From NCBI GenBank assembly GCA_009841265.1, contig VXMB01000009.1, positions 93,951 through 157,950 on the forward strand: a DNA stretch of 64,000 nucleotides. The letters run 5' to 3'. The DNA comes from Gemmatimonadota bacterium (lineage in GTDB: Bacteria > JAAXHH01). Each line of letters begins with the position of its first letter. Positions within the stretch are counted from its first letter, which is position 1. Below the pieces are notes generated by a model. The model was given only the letters and a program-made list of their open reading frames with translations, had not been told where the DNA came from and ran no database searches. Position numbers and translations under genes: made by a program. Shown here in pieces: positions 34,075-44,704 of this stretch.

Positions 34075-35448
34075 ATGTCTTCGGCGTCTTCCCGCGGCGG
34101 TCTGCTGCGCGTGCTCGGCCTGATCACGGGACTGGCCATCACCTTCGGAGGAATCGTCAGTCTCGGCATCCTGCGTGCGCCGGGTGAAGTGGCAGCCCAG
34201 TTGCCCGATCCCTGGTGGTACATGGCCACCTGGATCGGAGCGGGCGTGTTCGTGCTGTTCAGCACGGCTTCCGCCGCCGAACTGGCTACCGCATTGCCGC
34301 GGGCCGGGGCCTACTACGTCTACGCACACCGGTCACTTGGCCCCTTCGTCGGGTTCGTCAGTGGATGGACCGACTGGCTGAACTGGTGCGGCGCAACGGC
34401 GATGACCATCGTCGTCATCAACGAATACCTCCATCTCCTGACGCCCGCAATTCCGAGATACAGCCTTTCGCTGTGCCTGACCATCGCAGTCTCCTTCGCC
34501 CTGATCCAGTGGCGGGGCGTGAAATGGGGAACCGGCCTTCACAACGCGGCGAGCATGATCAAGGCGGTTGTTTTCGCGGTGCTTATCATCGCGTGTTTCG
34601 TACTGGCGGGTGGTGGAGGTGAGGAGAGCGAGGCGGCCGCCCTGCCGTCGATGCCCGCGGGATGGGCCCTGGCCATGGCCTTTATCGTGGCGTTGAGAGG
34701 GGTGCTTTATGCTTACGACGGCTGGGTGTTTACTGCTTACTTTTCTGAAGAAATGGCCGATCCGGGGCGTACGATTCCCCGGTCGATGTTCGTGGGCGTC
34801 GGGATCGTCATCGCGGTCTACCTGCTCATCAACATTGCCTTGCTGCGCATGCTGCCCATGTCGGAGATCGTCGGGGCGGAACTGGCCGTGGGCCGGGCCG
34901 TCGAGACTTTGTTGGGATCGCTGGCGGAGACGGTCATCACGGCGTTCCTGACCGGATTCCTTATCGTGGGGATCAACCTGGGGTACATGTTCGCCGCCCG
35001 CGTGATCTACGCCATGAGCACCGACGGCCTGTTCTTCCGGCAGTGTCGGCGGGTAAACCGGGGCGGCACCCCCACGGCGGCGCTCGTCGCCAGCCTGGCG
35101 GCCACGATCGTCTTCCTGCTGTTCAGCGGAAGCTTCGTACGCCTGGTCGAGGCCCTGGCGTTCTTCACCGTGGTCAACTACGCCATCCTGTTCCTTTCCG
35201 TCTTTCTCCTTAGAAGAAAGGAACCCGATCTTCCCCGCCCGTACCGGGCCTGGGGATACCCGTGGACGACTGCGCTCACCCTCGCAGGCGCCGTGGCTTT
35301 CCTTGCCGGCAACATCGTGGGCGGTACGGCCATCAGCCTGACGGCCCTTGGCGTGGTCGTATTGAGTTACCCGTTGTACCTGCTGTTTCGCCGGATCAAT
35401 AAGCACTCTTCCGGGTCGTCAGTGGGCACCAGCGAGCGGCGAGCATAG
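34075..35448 (+). CDS. APC-superfamily amino acid permease, 457 aa, ~12 TM
   Basis: Multiple hydrophobic segments; 'amino acid permease'-like composition throughout. Confidence 0.7.
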   Translation: MSSASSRGGLLRVLGLITGLAITFGGIVSLGILRAPGEVAAQLPDPWWYMATWIGAGVFVLFSTASAAELATALPRAGAYYVYAHRSLGPFVGFVSGWTDWLNWCGATAMTIVVINEYLHLLTPAIPRYSLSLCLTIAVSFALIQWRGVKWGTGLHNAASMIKAVVFAVLIIACFVLAGGGGEESEAAALPSMPAGWALAMAFIVALRGVLYAYDGWVFTAYFSEEMADPGRTIPRSMFVGVGIVIAVYLLINIALLRMLPMSEIVGAELAVGRAVETLLGSLAETVITAFLTGFLIVGINLGYMFAARVIYAMSTDGLFFRQCRRVNRGGTPTAALVASLAATIVFLLFSGSFVRLVEALAFFTVVNYAILFLSVFLLRRKEPDLPRPYRAWGYPWTTALTLAGAVAFLAGNIVGGTAISLTALGVVVLSYPLYLLFRRINKHSSGSSVGTSERRA

Positions 35449-36844
35449 CGTCCAGAAAGCCTTCCCGGTCCGTGCCGGCGGTCATGCGAGCCGCGGCCGC
35501 CAGGGCGTAGTAGCGGACGTAGCGCCCCTCGTCTTCCGCCGAGCGTGAGACCAGGTCATCGACCAGGTCCGCGTCCTGAATCGGGTGTCTGGCCAGGGTG
35601 AAAGCGATGTTTCGCCGGACGCGCTCGTCCTCATCCCCGAGCGCGTGTCGAAGCGCAGGGGCGTCTTCGTCACTGAAATCCCCCTGGACCGCCAACGCTT
35701 CGGACGCGTTTCGGCGTACCCAGGCGTCCTCATCGCCAACAGCACGCAACAGAGCGGGGCGGGCGTCAGACGCTGGACGGCCGATGTCGCCGAGTACGTC
35801 CGCGGCGGAGGCGCGTACCCACCAGGCATCGTCTTCGAGCAGGGCTTCCAGGTGCTTGACCGCTGGACGTCCCACGGCCGACAACGCATAGGCGACGGGC
35901 AGTTCCGACGGATTGCCGCCCGCGGGATTCGCCGGGTTCCTGGGCACGCTCGCCAGGGCTTCATCCTCACGCGTCGCGCACAGTCGCTCCACCAGCGGCT
36001 CCACCGCTTCTTCGCCCTTCCTGCCGAAGGTATACGCGGCCTGCAGCCGTACTCGTTCGTCATCATCGTCCAGGGCGTCCATGCATCGATCGATGGAAAC
36101 CCCCTTCGCTTCAGCCTCGCCGCATGCCCCTCCCGCCAACCAGTTCCATACCGCCTCGGATACGGCGGGAAGCGCGTCGCCCGGCTGAGGCTTCCAGCCG
36201 CCGTTCCCGCTCTCCCATACGGGTCCGGCCGGTTCGCGCGACCGGGTGAACTGGAACTTGAGCATGTATCTGTTCTTTCCACTGACGTTCTGCGTGGCCC
36301 GGTGCCAGGAGTCGAAGTTGACGATGGAAACCGTCCCGGCGGCGCCGCACAGTCCCAGTGCGGACTCTGTGGTTTTGGACGCGTCACAGTCGGAGATCCT
36401 GTTGAGGTGCTGCTTGCCGGGCAGGATGCCCGTGGGCCCCATGTCCGCGCTAACGTCCTGGGGATAGTAGAAGGCCATCACCCACCGGAAACGCGCGTGT
36501 CTCACGTTGTGGTCGAAGATGTAATCGTCCTTGTGCCACTGCTGGCCGGAACTGCCCGGTTTGTTCAGGTGGCAGTACCGATGGGGATGCATGAGGTATC
36601 CGGGACCGAGAAGACTGGTCAGCGCTCCCCGCACGGAGGGCTGGTCGAAGACCTTATGGATTTCGGGAATCCGGGGCAGGATGTTGTTGCCGGGATTGCC
36701 TTCCTCCTCGAGCACGGTCTCGATCTTCCTGTACAGGTCCTGGTGAAACTCCGCGGGCAGGCCGTCGTTGACTTGCACGTAGCCATCCGTGATGAACCGG
36801 CGGATATGGTCGTCCCGCAGAAGATGGGGATTCCGGGTTGGCAT
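35396..36844 (-). CDS. PhyH-family dioxygenase fused to C-terminal PBS-lyase/HEAT repeats, 482 aa
   Basis: N-terminal 'HLLRDDHIRRFITDGYVQV' and 'QQWHKDDY' (PhyH-like). Four or more C-terminal HEAT-like repeats 'DxDxxVRxxAxxAL'. Confidence 0.65.
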   Translation of the reverse strand: MPTRNPHLLRDDHIRRFITDGYVQVNDGLPAEFHQDLYRKIETVLEEEGNPGNNILPRIPEIHKVFDQPSVRGALTSLLGPGYLMHPHRYCHLNKPGSSGQQWHKDDYIFDHNVRHARFRWVMAFYYPQDVSADMGPTGILPGKQHLNRISDCDASKTTESALGLCGAAGTVSIVNFDSWHRATQNVSGKNRYMLKFQFTRSREPAGPVWESGNGGWKPQPGDALPAVSEAVWNWLAGGACGEAEAKGVSIDRCMDALDDDDERVRLQAAYTFGRKGEEAVEPLVERLCATREDEALASVPRNPANPAGGNPSELPVAYALSAVGRPAVKHLEALLEDDAWWVRASAADVLGDIGRPASDARPALLRAVGDEDAWVRRNASEALAVQGDFSDEDAPALRHALGDEDERVRRNIAFTLARHPIQDADLVDDLVSRSAEDEGRYVRYYALAAAARMTAGTDREGFLDAMLAARWCPLTTRKSAY

Positions 36845-37064
36845 GGCGGTCCTCTCTGATGGATTTGGACTGGAACTCTATTGCACATTACCCGAGGACA
36901 TGTCGTCATGAAGACAGGCCGTCACCCAATGTAAAGTCGTAACTTGATTTCTACAATCAAGATAGATAAATTACGGGGGCAAATCACGAGAGGAAAGGAA
37001 ACCGGCGGCCTCAGGTCAGCAAGGGGCCGGGGACAACGTTCGAGAAAAGAAAACCGGGGAAGCA

Positions 37065-39506
37065 ATGAACGGCGACAGATACGATCACGGGGCGGTCGAG
37101 GCGCGGTGGATCGAGCGCTGGACATCGGAAGGGACCTACGAGGTCGACCTCGAGGTGGCGCGGAATCCCTACTACAACCTCATGATGTTCCCCTATCCCT
37201 CCGCCGAGGGCATGCACGTGGGCAACGTGTTCGCCTATACGGGCGCGGATATCCACGGAAGGTACATGCGTGCTAAGGGATACGACGTGTTCGAGCCCAT
37301 GGGCTTCGACGCTTTCGGGATCCATTCCGAGAACTTCGCCCTCAAGATCAACACCCATCCCGGACGGCTGATCCCCGAGAACATCGAAAATTTCACCCGG
37401 CAGTTTAAGCGCCTTGGCGCCATGTTCGACTGGCGTCACGAAGTACAGTCCACCGATCCGGACTACTACCGGTGGACGCAATGGATCTTCATTCAGCTCT
37501 ACAAGGCCGGGCTGGCCTATCAGAAAGAAGCACCGGTCACCTGGTGTCCCTCCTGCAACACCGTGCTCGCGGCGGAACAGGCCGAGGGCGGGGTGTGCGA
37601 GCGATGCGACGCACAGGTGGAGCAGCGGAACATGCGCCAGTGGTTCTTCCGGATCACGGCCTACGCCAGGCAACTGCTGGAGAACCTGGAGACCATCGAC
37701 TGGTCCGAGACGACCAAGACCGCGCAGCGCAGGTGGATCGGCCGCAGCGAAGGGGCTGAAGTAGACTTCCCGCTGGCGGATCACGAAGAGAAGCTCAGCG
37801 TGTTCACCACGCGGCCGGATACGCTCTGGGGCGCCACCTACATGGTCCTGGCGCCGGAGCACCCCTTTGTCGACGTAGTGACCACGGAAGCCCACCGCAT
37901 GGCTGTCGATGAATACGTAAAAGAAAGCGGCCGGAAGACGGCCATCGAACGCGAGGACGTTACCCGCGAGAAGACCGGCGTGTTCACGGGCGGCTACGCC
38001 GTCAATCCGGTCAACGACACCCGGATTCCGATCTGGATATCCGATTACGTACTGATGACCTACGGGACAGGCGCCATCATGGCGGTGCCGGCCCATGACG
38101 GGCGGGACTTCGAGTTCGCCCGGACCTTCGATCTGCCCATCGTGCAGGTGATCAGCAGCTCGGAGGACACGACGAACGGTTACGACGGCGCGGCCGTCCT
38201 CGAGGAAGCCTATATCGGCGAGGGGACCATGATCAACAGCGGACCCTTCGACGGGACCCACAGCACCGTCGGCGTGGGCGCGGTCACGGACTGGCTGGAA
38301 GACCGCGGCGTCGGGAAACGGCAGGTCAACTACCGGCTGCGGGACTGGTGCATCAGCCGCCAGCGTTACTGGGGGCCGCCCATCCCGATGATCCACTGCG
38401 GAGCATGCGGCGTGGTGCCCGTCCCCGAGGATCAGTTGCCTGTGATCCTGCCCCACGTGGAGGACTTCAGGCCGGACGGAACGGGACGGAGCCCGCTGGC
38501 GCGCGACCCTTCCTTCCTGAACACCACCTGTCCCGCGTGCGGCGGTCCCGCCACCCGTGAGACCGACGTCAACGACAACTTCCTGGACTCGGCGTGGTAC
38601 TTTTTCCGGTATCCCAGCTCGGATCGCGCGGACGTGGTCTTCGAACCGGAAATGACGGAGCGATGGCTGCCCGTGGACATGTACGTGGGGGGCAACGAGC
38701 ACGCGGTGCTGCACCTCATGTATACCCGTTTCATCACGATGGCGCTGCACGACATCGGTTTGGTCTCCTTCTCCGAACCCTTCAAGAAGTTCCGCGCGCA
38801 CGGCACCATCATCCGTTCCGGCGCGAAGATGAGCAAATCCAAAGGGAACGTGGTCAACCCCGACGAATACCTGGACCGTTTCGGCGCGGACGCCTTCCGC
38901 ACCTATCTCATGTTCCTGGGTCCCTACCAGGTGGGCGGTGATTTCCAGGACGCGGGCATCAACGGCGTGCGGCGGTTCTACGACCGGCTCTGGCGCTACG
39001 CCACCGGGACCGATTTCAGTGAAGCGCCGGTCGAGGACCCCGAATTGCTCGCCCTGCTGCACGGCAAGACGCGGGACGTTACCGGAGACATGGCGTCGTT
39101 CCAATACAACACGGCTATCGCGCGCCTGATGGAACTGCTCAACGGCCTGCAGAACGCGTCCTCACACCATCGCGAAGCCATCGACCGATTGCTGCAGCTG
39201 GCCGCCCCTTTCGCGCCCTTCATCTCCCAGGAACTGTGGACCCACCTGGGACACAAGGGCATGGTCTGCGACGTACCCTGGCCGGAGTACGATCCGGCGC
39301 TGATTATTTCCGCCACGATTGAATACGTCATCCAGATCAACGGCCGGGTTCGGGACAGGCTTGAACTGCCGCCCGGTACGCCCCGCGAAGAAATCGAGCA
39401 GGCCGCCCTCGCCAGCGAACGCGTACGGCAGTGGACCGATGGCAAGGAATCGGTCCGCAACATCTTCGTGCCGGACAAGCTGCTCAACATCGTGGTCAAG
39501 GGCTAG
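37065..39506 (+). CDS. leuS: Leucine--tRNA ligase, 813 aa
   Basis: 'PYPSAEGMHVGN' (HIGH-type), 'KMSKSKGN', editing-domain (CP1) region, zinc-binding cysteines. Confidence 0.95.
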   Translation: MNGDRYDHGAVEARWIERWTSEGTYEVDLEVARNPYYNLMMFPYPSAEGMHVGNVFAYTGADIHGRYMRAKGYDVFEPMGFDAFGIHSENFALKINTHPGRLIPENIENFTRQFKRLGAMFDWRHEVQSTDPDYYRWTQWIFIQLYKAGLAYQKEAPVTWCPSCNTVLAAEQAEGGVCERCDAQVEQRNMRQWFFRITAYARQLLENLETIDWSETTKTAQRRWIGRSEGAEVDFPLADHEEKLSVFTTRPDTLWGATYMVLAPEHPFVDVVTTEAHRMAVDEYVKESGRKTAIEREDVTREKTGVFTGGYAVNPVNDTRIPIWISDYVLMTYGTGAIMAVPAHDGRDFEFARTFDLPIVQVISSSEDTTNGYDGAAVLEEAYIGEGTMINSGPFDGTHSTVGVGAVTDWLEDRGVGKRQVNYRLRDWCISRQRYWGPPIPMIHCGACGVVPVPEDQLPVILPHVEDFRPDGTGRSPLARDPSFLNTTCPACGGPATRETDVNDNFLDSAWYFFRYPSSDRADVVFEPEMTERWLPVDMYVGGNEHAVLHLMYTRFITMALHDIGLVSFSEPFKKFRAHGTIIRSGAKMSKSKGNVVNPDEYLDRFGADAFRTYLMFLGPYQVGGDFQDAGINGVRRFYDRLWRYATGTDFSEAPVEDPELLALLHGKTRDVTGDMASFQYNTAIARLMELLNGLQNASSHHREAIDRLLQLAAPFAPFISQELWTHLGHKGMVCDVPWPEYDPALIISATIEYVIQINGRVRDRLELPPGTPREEIEQAALASERVRQWTDGKESVRNIFVPDKLLNIVVKG

Positions 39507-39572
39507 GCCGCCCGCTCCGGTTCGGCCCAGGCTGCCCGGCCCAACTCGGCCCGACTCGGTCCGGTCCGCGAC

Positions 39573-40619
39573 GTGTCAACCAACACTGTTACGTCCATGT
39601 CCACGCCGCGCATATCCGTCCTGATGCCGGTCTACAACGCCGCCGGCACGCTTCCCGAAACCCTGCAGAGCATCGCCGCGCAGACGCTGGGCGACTTCGA
39701 GGTCATCGCCGTCGATGACGGGTCGGACGACGACAGCGGGATGATCCTGGAGGCATGGGGCCGCGGGGACCGGAGAATCCAGCCGGTCCGAGCCGGCCGC
39801 GTCGGCCTGGTCGAGGCGCTGAACCTCGGACTATCACGGTGCCGGGGCGAGTGGGTCGCCCGCATGGACGCCGACGACCGGATGCGCCCGGACCGTCTCG
39901 CCCGGCAGTCGGCACTGCTGGACGCCCGGTCGGATATCAGCGTAGCCGGGTCGCTCGTGGAAATCTTCGCCGAAGGCGCAGTGGGTGAGGGCATGAAGGT
40001 TTACGAGGCCTGGCTCAACAGCCTCGTCGAGCCCGAAGACATCGCCCGGGAGATCTATATAGAAAGTCCGATCGCCCATCCGTCGGCCATGGTGCGACGG
40101 GACGAACTCGTGGAGCTCGGCGGATACCGCGACGCCGGATGGCCGGAAGATTACGACCTCTGGCTTCGCTTTCACGCCGCGGGACGGCGATTCGCCAAGG
40201 TTCCGGAAGTCCTGCTGTACTGGCGGGAACACGGGTCCCGGCTGACGCGAACGGACGCCCGGTACTCGGTAGAGAACTTCCTGCGCGTCAAGGCGCACTT
40301 CCTGGTCAACGGCCCGCTGCAGGACCGGGACGGGTTGATCGTCTGGGGCGCGGGCCAGACCGGCCGCCGGTTGACCAGGCACATCGTCCGCATGGGCCGT
40401 CCGGTGGATGCCTTCGTGGACATTTCTCCCCGGAAGATCGGCAGTCGCATGCGCGAAGCCCCGGTGATCGGTCCCGATGAACTGCCTTCGACCTGGAACC
40501 GCTACCGCCGTCCGGTGCTCATCGTCGCCGTGTCCTCTCGGGGCGCACGTAAGCTGATACGCCAGGCACTCACGGACGCGGGCCTTTCCGAAGTGGAAGA
40601 CTATCTGTGCGCGGCCTGA
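39573..40619 (+). CDS. Family 2 glycosyltransferase, 348 aa
   Basis: 'ISVLMPVYNAAGTLPETLQSIAAQT' and 'VIAVDDGSDDDS' (DxD). Confidence 0.8.
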   Translation: MSTNTVTSMSTPRISVLMPVYNAAGTLPETLQSIAAQTLGDFEVIAVDDGSDDDSGMILEAWGRGDRRIQPVRAGRVGLVEALNLGLSRCRGEWVARMDADDRMRPDRLARQSALLDARSDISVAGSLVEIFAEGAVGEGMKVYEAWLNSLVEPEDIAREIYIESPIAHPSAMVRRDELVELGGYRDAGWPEDYDLWLRFHAAGRRFAKVPEVLLYWREHGSRLTRTDARYSVENFLRVKAHFLVNGPLQDRDGLIVWGAGQTGRRLTRHIVRMGRPVDAFVDISPRKIGSRMREAPVIGPDELPSTWNRYRRPVLIVAVSSRGARKLIRQALTDAGLSEVEDYLCAA

Positions 40620-40909
40620 ATGCGGAACGGGTGGACGCTATCGACTGGACCGGACCGATCGCCCCGCCCGCCCGGACCGGCCCATTGACACGATTCTGAA
40701 TACCGAGTGCCCCGAAGTTGTATAACTTTCACAATACCTTTGTCATTTCATGCGTTGCGCATTACATTGACCGCTCAGCGGATTCCGATTTCAAGCATCG
40801 TGACTGACGCGGCCGCGCCTTAACATGGCGTCACGCACGCAATTTAACAGGCGGAAAACAAAGGCCTGCAGAGCAATTCTTTGCAGAACCTTCCTTCAAG
40901 GAGTTCATC

Positions 40910-42124
40910 ATGGTAGACAGGGCGGACAGGATAGACGAAGCGCCTTCCGGTTTTTCGAGGCGAGGCTTTCTAAGAGGCATGATGGTGGGCGCAGGCGCAT
41001 TATCGCTGGGCAGTTACGAGGCCGTGGCACAGATGATCTCCGGACCCAACGCGCGACCCGTGCGCGGGTGGGGCGTTCCCGAAGGTCTCGTGCGCCTGAG
41101 CGGAAACGAAATGCCCATCGGTCCATCGCCGCGGGCGGTTGAGGCTGTCCTGGAGAACGTGTACTCCTTTAACCGCTACAACCGGAACAGGGACATCTAT
41201 ACCAAGATCGCCGAGCGGCACGGGTTGCCCGTGGTGGAGTGGCCTCCCAATACCTTCTCGCCGCCTGACGCCTGGGTTACCCTGGGCTGCGGTTCCTCGG
41301 AGGTGCTTTTCGCCGTGGCGTCCGCCTATCTCAGGGACGGAGCTGAAGTGGTCGAGGCCTCGCCCGGTTACGCCGGCGTGTTCCGCACGGCCGAAGCATA
41401 CGGTGCCTCGGCGAAGTGGGTCCCGTTGACCAGCGATTTCCAGCAGGACCTCGATGCCATGAAAGCTGCTATCAGTGAAAATACGCGCGTGGTGGTCGTG
41501 ACCAATCCCGGTAACCCGACCGGCGTGCTCGTCCCGCCGGACGCCCTGAGGAAGTTCGTCCAGGAGGTCCCGTCTGACGTGATCGTCTTCGTGGACGAGG
41601 CCTACATCGAGTTTTCGAAGAACCCCGAAGACCGGGTCGGCGCGGCACCGCTGATCCTGGATCACGCGAATGTGATCGTAGCTCGCACGTTCTCCAAGAT
41701 CATGGGCATGGCGGGACTCGGCGTCGGCTACGGCCTGGCGCGCCCCGAAGTCATCGAGAAGCTGAATCAGAACAAGGGCGGTCGGCCGAGCATGCTTTCG
41801 ACCAACGCCGCGGTGGCGGGGATCGAGGATCATGACTACCAGGACCGGGCGCGGAAGGTGACCTGGGAAGGCCAGGAGTACTTCGCCAGCAATTTCGACG
41901 AAATGGGCATCGAGTACGTACCCAGCCAGTCCAGTTTCATGCTGATCAACGTGCACAAGGATGCGGATGAAGTCGTCCGCAAGTTGAGGGAAGAATACAA
42001 CGTGATGGTCGGCAACGGAAAGCGCCGTTGGGAAATGGATACCTGGCTGCGGGTCACTTCCGGACTGCAGGAAGAGAACGAGGCCTTCATGGCAGCGCTC
42101 AAGAAGGTGCTGGTAAGTAGCTGA
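40910..42124 (+). CDS. TAT-signal-bearing class I/II PLP aminotransferase (histidinol-phosphate aminotransferase-like), paralog 1, 404 aa
   Basis: Twin-arginine motif 'SRRGFLRGMMVGAGALSL'; 'NPGNPTG' and PLP-lysine 'FSKIMGMAGLGVGY'. Confidence 0.75.
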   Translation: MVDRADRIDEAPSGFSRRGFLRGMMVGAGALSLGSYEAVAQMISGPNARPVRGWGVPEGLVRLSGNEMPIGPSPRAVEAVLENVYSFNRYNRNRDIYTKIAERHGLPVVEWPPNTFSPPDAWVTLGCGSSEVLFAVASAYLRDGAEVVEASPGYAGVFRTAEAYGASAKWVPLTSDFQQDLDAMKAAISENTRVVVVTNPGNPTGVLVPPDALRKFVQEVPSDVIVFVDEAYIEFSKNPEDRVGAAPLILDHANVIVARTFSKIMGMAGLGVGYGLARPEVIEKLNQNKGGRPSMLSTNAAVAGIEDHDYQDRARKVTWEGQEYFASNFDEMGIEYVPSQSSFMLINVHKDADEVVRKLREEYNVMVGNGKRRWEMDTWLRVTSGLQEENEAFMAALKKVLVSS

Positions 42125-42168
42125 TCGTTCGTTCGATCGTTTCGAGTATCTGATCAAAGGACGGGGTT

Positions 42169-43383
42169 ATGTCGAACATGTTAAAGGCGATGAACCTGGC
42201 GGCTCCCGGGTTCACAAGGCGCAAGTTCCTCAAGGGGCTCGCGGTAGGCGCCGGGGTGGCTTCCCTGGGCAGCTACGAAGCCGCGGCGCAGATGGTGGCG
42301 GGACCCCGCGTCCGGCCCGTGCGGGGATGGGGGGTACCCGAGGGATTCATCCGCCTGAGCAGCAACGAGAACCCGATTGGTCCTTCGCCCCGCGCCGTCG
42401 AGGCGATCATGCAGTACGTCTACAAGTTCAACCGGTACTACCGGGGCCGCGGGCTCTACGGCCAGATCGCCGAGCGCCACGGACTGCCGGTCGTCATACC
42501 TTCGAACAACAACGAAGACCGGACCGAGCCCTGGGTGACCCTCGGGTGCGGGTCATCGGAAGTGCTCTTCGCCATCGCCTCGGCCTACCTGCGTGACGGC
42601 GGACAGATGATCGAGGCCGCGCCCGGTTACGGCGGCGTGGTCCGTACGGCCCGGAGTTACGGCGCCCGGGCGCGACTGGTCCGCACGACGCCGGACTTCC
42701 ACCAGGATCTCGACGCCATGAAGGCGGCCATAACCGAGGACACGCGCGTCGTCGTCATCACTTCCCCGGGTAACCCGACGGGCATCATCGCACCCTTCGA
42801 CGACCTCAAGAAGTTCGTCAGCGAGATCCCCACCGACGTCATGGTCTTCGTCGACGAGGCCTATATCGAGTTCGCCCGCAACCCACAGGACCGCATCGGC
42901 GCCGCGCCGCTCATCCTGGACCATGAGAACGTCATCGTAACCCGCACCTTCTCGAAGATCATGGGCATGGCGGGCCTGCGTATCGGTTACGGCCTTGCCC
43001 GGCCCCATGTCATCGAGAAGCTCGAAGACAACAAGGGCGGGCGGGTCAGCTCGCTCTCCGTGGTCGCCGCGGAGGCCTGCATAGAGGATCAGGACTACCA
43101 GGACCGGGCGAGAGCGGCGGCCTGGGCCGGGCATGACTATCTCACCGGCCAGTTCGAGGAGATGGGACTCGAGTACGTGCCCAGCCAGTCCAGCTTCATG
43201 CTGGTGAACGTGCGCACGGACGCCGACGAGGTCACCCGAAAGCTGTTCGAAGAGTACAACGTGCTCGTGGGCAACGGCAAGCGCCGCTGGCGGATGAACA
43301 ACTGGCTGCGCGTCACCGCCGGCCTGCAGGCAGAGAACGAGGCCTTCATTGCCGCGTTGAAGAAGGTCCTGGTCAGCAGCTGA
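42169..43383 (+). CDS. TAT-signal-bearing HisC-like PLP aminotransferase, paralog 2 (about 75% identical to paralog 1), 404 aa
   Basis: 'TRRKFLKGLAVGAGVASL' TAT motif; 'NPGNPTG'; 'FSKIMGMAGLRIGY'. Confidence 0.75.
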   Translation: MSNMLKAMNLAAPGFTRRKFLKGLAVGAGVASLGSYEAAAQMVAGPRVRPVRGWGVPEGFIRLSSNENPIGPSPRAVEAIMQYVYKFNRYYRGRGLYGQIAERHGLPVVIPSNNNEDRTEPWVTLGCGSSEVLFAIASAYLRDGGQMIEAAPGYGGVVRTARSYGARARLVRTTPDFHQDLDAMKAAITEDTRVVVITSPGNPTGIIAPFDDLKKFVSEIPTDVMVFVDEAYIEFARNPQDRIGAAPLILDHENVIVTRTFSKIMGMAGLRIGYGLARPHVIEKLEDNKGGRVSSLSVVAAEACIEDQDYQDRARAAAWAGHDYLTGQFEEMGLEYVPSQSSFMLVNVRTDADEVTRKLFEEYNVLVGNGKRRWRMNNWLRVTAGLQAENEAFIAALKKVLVSS

Positions 43384-43555
43384 CGGCGCCGACCACCCTA
43401 CGCCACATATCCATCCTGTGAAGTGACGGTTTTCGAGGCCGGGCGATCACACCCGGGGTAACCCCGGGCCCGGTCCGGAGACCGCTTATCCCCGATCCCT
43501 GGTGATCTGTCCGGCCCGGCGTGACGAATGCCGAACGTATCGGCGCCTTGTCTGG

Positions 43556-44665
43556 CTAATGACGGCCGCGGGGGCCGTTCAGCACCCTACCGACAAAAGT
43601 GTACCTTACCCCGAAACGATAGGTTGCCAGCAGGATGCTGGTAACCGCGACGCAGATCAGCGCGAACTTGAGATGCACGCTGACGGGCCAGGACACGGCC
43701 AGCGCCTGTGCGCCGAGCACGAGCGGTAAATGGACCAGGTACAGCCAGTAAGACGCGTCCGAGACGTATCGGATCCAGTATCTTTGCTTCGACGCGATCC
43801 ACCGAAACAGCCCCAACAAACCGAAACAGGCCAGCCAGGTATAGACTGCGCCGATTACCGCGGCGGTCCACCTGACGGCATTCGACGGCGCCAACCCCAA
43901 TGATTCGGGATCCAGCAGGAGGTACCCCGCGGGCATCGCCACCAGAATGGCCGGCGCCAGGCCCGCGGACCACCACTTTTGCACTTCGATAGACTTCTGG
44001 TAGACGAACGCGCCGAACAGATAGAAGACCAGGTAGTAGCCGAACACGTGGGGGATCGGGATCAAGTCCGCCGATCCGTCCGCACCGATCATGCCTTCCC
44101 TCATCAGGTACTGTGGAAGGATGCTGGCCGGTAGGAGCAGCCACCAGGCCGGATGGCGGAACCGCAGGCCGAGCCTCGCGCAGGCGATGAAGACCGCCGT
44201 CATAAGGACCAGGTACCACAGGAACCAGAGGTGGGCGAGGCTGGACAGCCAGGAGTACATCCACGTCAGGGGCGTCACGGGAATGAAGAACGCGTTCGTC
44301 GCCGGGATGATCGTCAACATTCCCGCCAGCAGGGGGAGTCCGATGCGGTGCAGGCGGTGGCGCGCCAGGCCGTCCAGGCCCCGGGACTGCCAGAGCATGG
44401 CGGCAAAGAAACCGCTGATCAGGTAGAAGATCGGCATGCGAAAACCGTGAATGACGCCGAAGATAAAGGCGTACGGGTTGTTTTCCAAATCGTGGGAGTC
44501 CGCCCACCTGTCCTGGATCGGCCAGTCGTCGACGGGCATGAGGAAGAGGCAGGCATGCAGCACGATGCCGAGCAACATGGCGAATGCGCGCAGCGCGTCC
44601 AGGCCGTGGAACCTGCCCGGCGCGGGCAAACTGCGGCCATTCATTTGCATCTTCCCTGGTTGCAT
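43556..44665 (-). CDS. Acyltransferase family 3 integral membrane protein, 369 aa
   Basis: 'HGLDALRAFAMLLGIVLH' N-terminus; about 10 TM segments. Confidence 0.75.
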   Translation of the reverse strand: MQPGKMQMNGRSLPAPGRFHGLDALRAFAMLLGIVLHACLFLMPVDDWPIQDRWADSHDLENNPYAFIFGVIHGFRMPIFYLISGFFAAMLWQSRGLDGLARHRLHRIGLPLLAGMLTIIPATNAFFIPVTPLTWMYSWLSSLAHLWFLWYLVLMTAVFIACARLGLRFRHPAWWLLLPASILPQYLMREGMIGADGSADLIPIPHVFGYYLVFYLFGAFVYQKSIEVQKWWSAGLAPAILVAMPAGYLLLDPESLGLAPSNAVRWTAAVIGAVYTWLACFGLLGLFRWIASKQRYWIRYVSDASYWLYLVHLPLVLGAQALAVSWPVSVHLKFALICVAVTSILLATYRFGVRYTFVGRVLNGPRGRH

Positions 44666-44704
44666 CTCTGATGGCTGTCCGGCCTTGATGGGCCTTAGCG
44701 GGCT

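Noticed and set aside
37011-39104. 697-aa minus-strand ORF antisense to leuS
   Set aside because: leuS on the plus strand has HIGH and KMSKS motifs; the antisense frame has none.
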